Assembly: GCA_016192455.1 (NCBI GenBank)
Contig: JACPUC010000007.1
Coordinates: forward strand, 48,720-68,719
DNA length: 20,000 bases
Source of the DNA: Candidatus Tectimicrobiota bacterium
GTDB taxonomy: Bacteria; JACPUC01
Direction: 5' to 3'
This document shows, in pieces, positions 17,478 through 20,000 of this stretch. Position 1 is the first letter of the stretch. Each line of letters starts with the position of its first letter. The position numbers were made by a program, and so were the translations under genes. The notes under the pieces are model-generated. The model had not been told where the DNA came from. It saw only the letters and a list, made by a program, of their open reading frames with translations, and did not search any database.

Positions 17478-19532
17478 ATGAGCTGGAATTCCAGTACCCT
17501 CTCGGCCGGGCGGGCGAAGGTGCTCCTCTGCCTCGGCCTGGCGGCCCTGGCGGTGGGACTCTACGCAAGCCTCCTGCGAGCGGAGTTCCTCTTTAGCTGG
17601 GACGATAACCGCTACATCCACGAGAACCCCTTCCTGCGCGACCTCAGCCCCTCCGGCCTGTGGCGGCTTTTTTCGAGCTTCTACTTTGCCGCCTACCTGC
17701 CGCTGACGCTGCTCTCCTACGCCATCGACTATCGCGTCTGGGGGTTGAATCCCACTGGCTACCATCTCACGAATGTGCTCCTCCATGCCGTGAACGGCGT
17801 CTTGGTCTTCCTGCTGCTGGAGCGCCTGGCGGGAAGCCGGGGCGTGGCGGCCCTGGCGGCGGTGCTCTTCGTGGCGCACCCGGCGCAGGTGGAGAGCGTC
17901 GCCTGGGTGGCGGAGCGCAAGAACGTCCTGAGCATGAGCCTCTTCCTCGGCGCCTTCCTGGCGCACATCGAGGCAGGCCCTGCGTGCGCCTCCGCCGGGC
18001 CGAGGAGCGGCAAGGATGTCGCCGAGCCCCCGGGCCGCCGGTGGGAAGTGCTGTCGTGGGGGTTGTACCTTGGCGCCGTACTCGCCAAGCCGATCGTGGT
18101 CGGGGCGCCGCTGCTGTTCATGGCGTACGACGTTGCCTGGAGAAGATTTTCCTGGCGGCGCAGCCTGTGGCGCAACTTGCCGCCGCTCGCCTTCGCCCTG
18201 TTCGGGGTCATCCTCATCCTCCTGGCCCATGGAGAGGGGGGTGGCATCAAGCCCTACGCGGGCGGGAGCCTGTGGGCCGCGGCGAGGGTCATGCTGCGCG
18301 TGACGTGGGAGTACCTCGTTACCCTCCTCGCGCCGCTGAAGCTCAATAACCTCTACCTTTATGATGAGAACAGCGGTGCCGCTGCCGGGCGAGTTTGGCT
18401 CGGTCTCGGCGTCCTCGTTGCTTCAGGCGTCTTCGCCTGGCGGCAGCCGCTGGGGCGGCCGCACTCAGCGTTTGCGGTGCTCTGGTGCTGGGTCTTCATG
18501 CTGCCGGTCTCCAACATTGTGCCGATCGCCGTGCAGCGCGCCGACCGCTACCTCTACTTCCCCAGCGTGGCGCTCTTTATGCTGGTCGGCATCTTCGTCC
18601 GCCTCCTCTGGCGGGCCTGCAGAGGCCGGAGGGCGCGCTGGCTGCTGCTGGGAAGTTTGGCCGCGGCGGTCGTCACCCTGGGATTCCTGAGCCAGGCTCG
18701 CACCAAGGTCTGGCTGTCAAGTGTCGCGCTCTGGCGCGCGCACCTGACGGATTACCCGCGCAGCGCCACGGGACTCACCAACCTCGGCTACGCCCTGTAC
18801 CGGACGAGGCGCTACGACGAGGCGGTGGAGGTGCTGCGCAGCCTGCGCGCGCTCGAACCCCAACACTATAAGACTCCTTGGTACCTGGCCCAAATCGCGG
18901 CGGCAAAGGGGCGCCAGGAGGAGGCCGTCGATCTCTTCAAGGAGGCGACCAGCCTGAACCCCCAGGAGAAGGTGATCTACAATAACCTCGGCGATGCGTT
19001 GTACCGCCTGAAACGCTATGACGAAGCCCTGCAAGCATTTCAGCGCGCCCTGGATCTGAGTCCCGCCTACACCCGGGCGCGCCTGAACGCCAGTCGAGCT
19101 GCCCTGCGCCTGGGAAACTTCGCGCTGGCGCGCGACGCCTCGCGCCGGGTGCTGGAGATCGAGCCGAGGAACGCCGAGGCGGCGAGCAACCTCTGTCTTG
19201 CCAGCTCCAACCTGGGGCGCGTCATGGAAGCCATTGCTCAATGCCTCGGCGCGGCCTACGCTCAGCCCGACAACGGTCTCGCCTGGGGTCGCCTGGCGCA
19301 TGTGCTGCTGTTGGCGGAGCATCCCGACCAGGCCCTGCCCGCGGCGCAGAAGGCGGCAGCGCGGGCGCCGCGCTCGTCGCTTGCCTTCCGCACCCTCGGT
19401 GACGCCTACGCAGCTCTTGGGAAGCGGCGCGAAGCCGAGCAGGCCTACACCACCGCCCTCCGCCTCGACCCCGGCAATCGCCGCGCCCGCCAAGCGCTTG
19501 AGAAGCTGGCAACTCGTCCTCTCCAGCCATAA
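17478..19532 (+). CDS. TMTC-like GT-C fold membrane glycosyltransferase with C-terminal TPR repeats
   Basis: WDD acidic loop after TM1, YLPLT, GYHLTNVLLHAVN, HPAQVESVAWVAERK, AKP and ADRYLYFP motifs; many TM segments followed by multiple TPRs (NLGYALY, NNLGDALY, AL.L.P). Confidence 0.85.
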   Translation: MSWNSSTLSAGRAKVLLCLGLAALAVGLYASLLRAEFLFSWDDNRYIHENPFLRDLSPSGLWRLFSSFYFAAYLPLTLLSYAIDYRVWGLNPTGYHLTNVLLHAVNGVLVFLLLERLAGSRGVAALAAVLFVAHPAQVESVAWVAERKNVLSMSLFLGAFLAHIEAGPACASAGPRSGKDVAEPPGRRWEVLSWGLYLGAVLAKPIVVGAPLLFMAYDVAWRRFSWRRSLWRNLPPLAFALFGVILILLAHGEGGGIKPYAGGSLWAAARVMLRVTWEYLVTLLAPLKLNNLYLYDENSGAAAGRVWLGLGVLVASGVFAWRQPLGRPHSAFAVLWCWVFMLPVSNIVPIAVQRADRYLYFPSVALFMLVGIFVRLLWRACRGRRARWLLLGSLAAAVVTLGFLSQARTKVWLSSVALWRAHLTDYPRSATGLTNLGYALYRTRRYDEAVEVLRSLRALEPQHYKTPWYLAQIAAAKGRQEEAVDLFKEATSLNPQEKVIYNNLGDALYRLKRYDEALQAFQRALDLSPAYTRARLNASRAALRLGNFALARDASRRVLEIEPRNAEAASNLCLASSNLGRVMEAIAQCLGAAYAQPDNGLAWGRLAHVLLLAEHPDQALPAAQKAAARAPRSSLAFRTLGDAYAALGKRREAEQAYTTALRLDPGNRRARQALEKLATRPLQP

Positions 19533-19738
19533 GCCGCAACAGTTTCATGCACCGGTGGACAGCATCCGCGTTAGCGAGGTGAAGCAGCCGGAGCGGTTTG
19601 AGCTGCCTGCGGTCAACAGTGATGAGGGTTTGGGTCTGCCGGGATATCTCAAGCAAGCTTCGAGCTACGAAGCAGGGGAGTGGCGCGGTTGACCGCCCCG
19701 AGACCTCGGCGCGATCTATCCGTGGTTGTTGCCCTTTT

Positions 19739-19766
19739 ACTGCGCATAATATATATTATGTTAAAT
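19739..19766 (+). other. dif: dif chromosome-dimer resolution site (XerC/XerD target)
   Basis: ACTGCGCATAA-TATATA-TTATGTTAAAT versus E. coli GGTGCGCATAA-TGTATA-TTATGTTAAAT: 25/28 identical with an identical XerD arm. Intergenic, in an AT-rich island between convergent genes. Confidence 0.92.
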
Positions 19767-19818
19767 TAAACCTTACTCAGAGCCACAAGAACGGCCAGGC
19801 CCTCGCCACTGACAGCCC

Positions 19819-20000
19819 TCATTTGATCTTTGACCAATCGATAAACGTCTTGCCTTGAACCGGTTGGCATTTCGGGCAAAAGAAGGCGTCAAAGCCTCGC
19901 ACCCCGGCGCGCCGGATCGTCGTGCCACAGCGCGGGCAAGGCTCCCCGGCACGATTGCGCACCTTCAGGAAGTCGCGCACCTTCACCTCGATGGGTTCGC
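19819..20000 (-). CDS. Fpg/Nei-family DNA glycosylase, C-terminal zinc finger (partial; continues beyond the window)
   Basis: Manual translation: EPIEVKVRDFLKVRNRAGEPCPRCGTTIRRAGVRGFDAFFCPKCQPVQGKTFIDWSKIK*. CPRCG...FCPKCQ is the Fpg-type zinc finger. Not listed in the ORF track. Confidence 0.85.
   Translation of the reverse strand, partial: EPIEVKVRDFLKVRNRAGEPCPRCGTTIRRAGVRGFDAFFCPKCQPVQGKTFIDWSKIK

Noticed and set aside
19598..19858. 86 aa + strand ORF spanning dif
   Set aside because: It crosses the dif site, overlaps the convergent Fpg/Nei 3' end and has no recognisable motif.

Overview
A high-GC chromosomal window from a diderm (LPS-making) bacterium, mostly housekeeping genes on the + strand. 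Gene order: 'lptE-holA><rpsT, murJ-xerD-glnD, a structured ~200 bp MITE/REP-like insert, phoH-ybeY-HIT-lapA, a PhnD/PtxB-family ABC transporter (binding protein, ATPase, two permeases) with its own promoter and palindromic leader, class II fructose-bisphosphate aldolase ><pfkA (PPi-type motifs), a TMTC-like GT-C/TPR membrane protein, and the 3' end of an Fpg/Nei glycosylase (missed by the ORF track). The most informative non-coding signal is a near-canonical dif site at 19739-19766 (25/28 identical to E. coli dif). KOPS-like octamers and most genes point toward it, and xerD lies ~15 kb away, so the window probably abuts the replication terminus. I found no clearly new multi-gene system. The best leads are the dif/xerD linkage, the composite repeat element, and the orphan phosphite/selenate-type transporter with its putative operator. 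All calls come from motif recognition by eye; no database searches were run.
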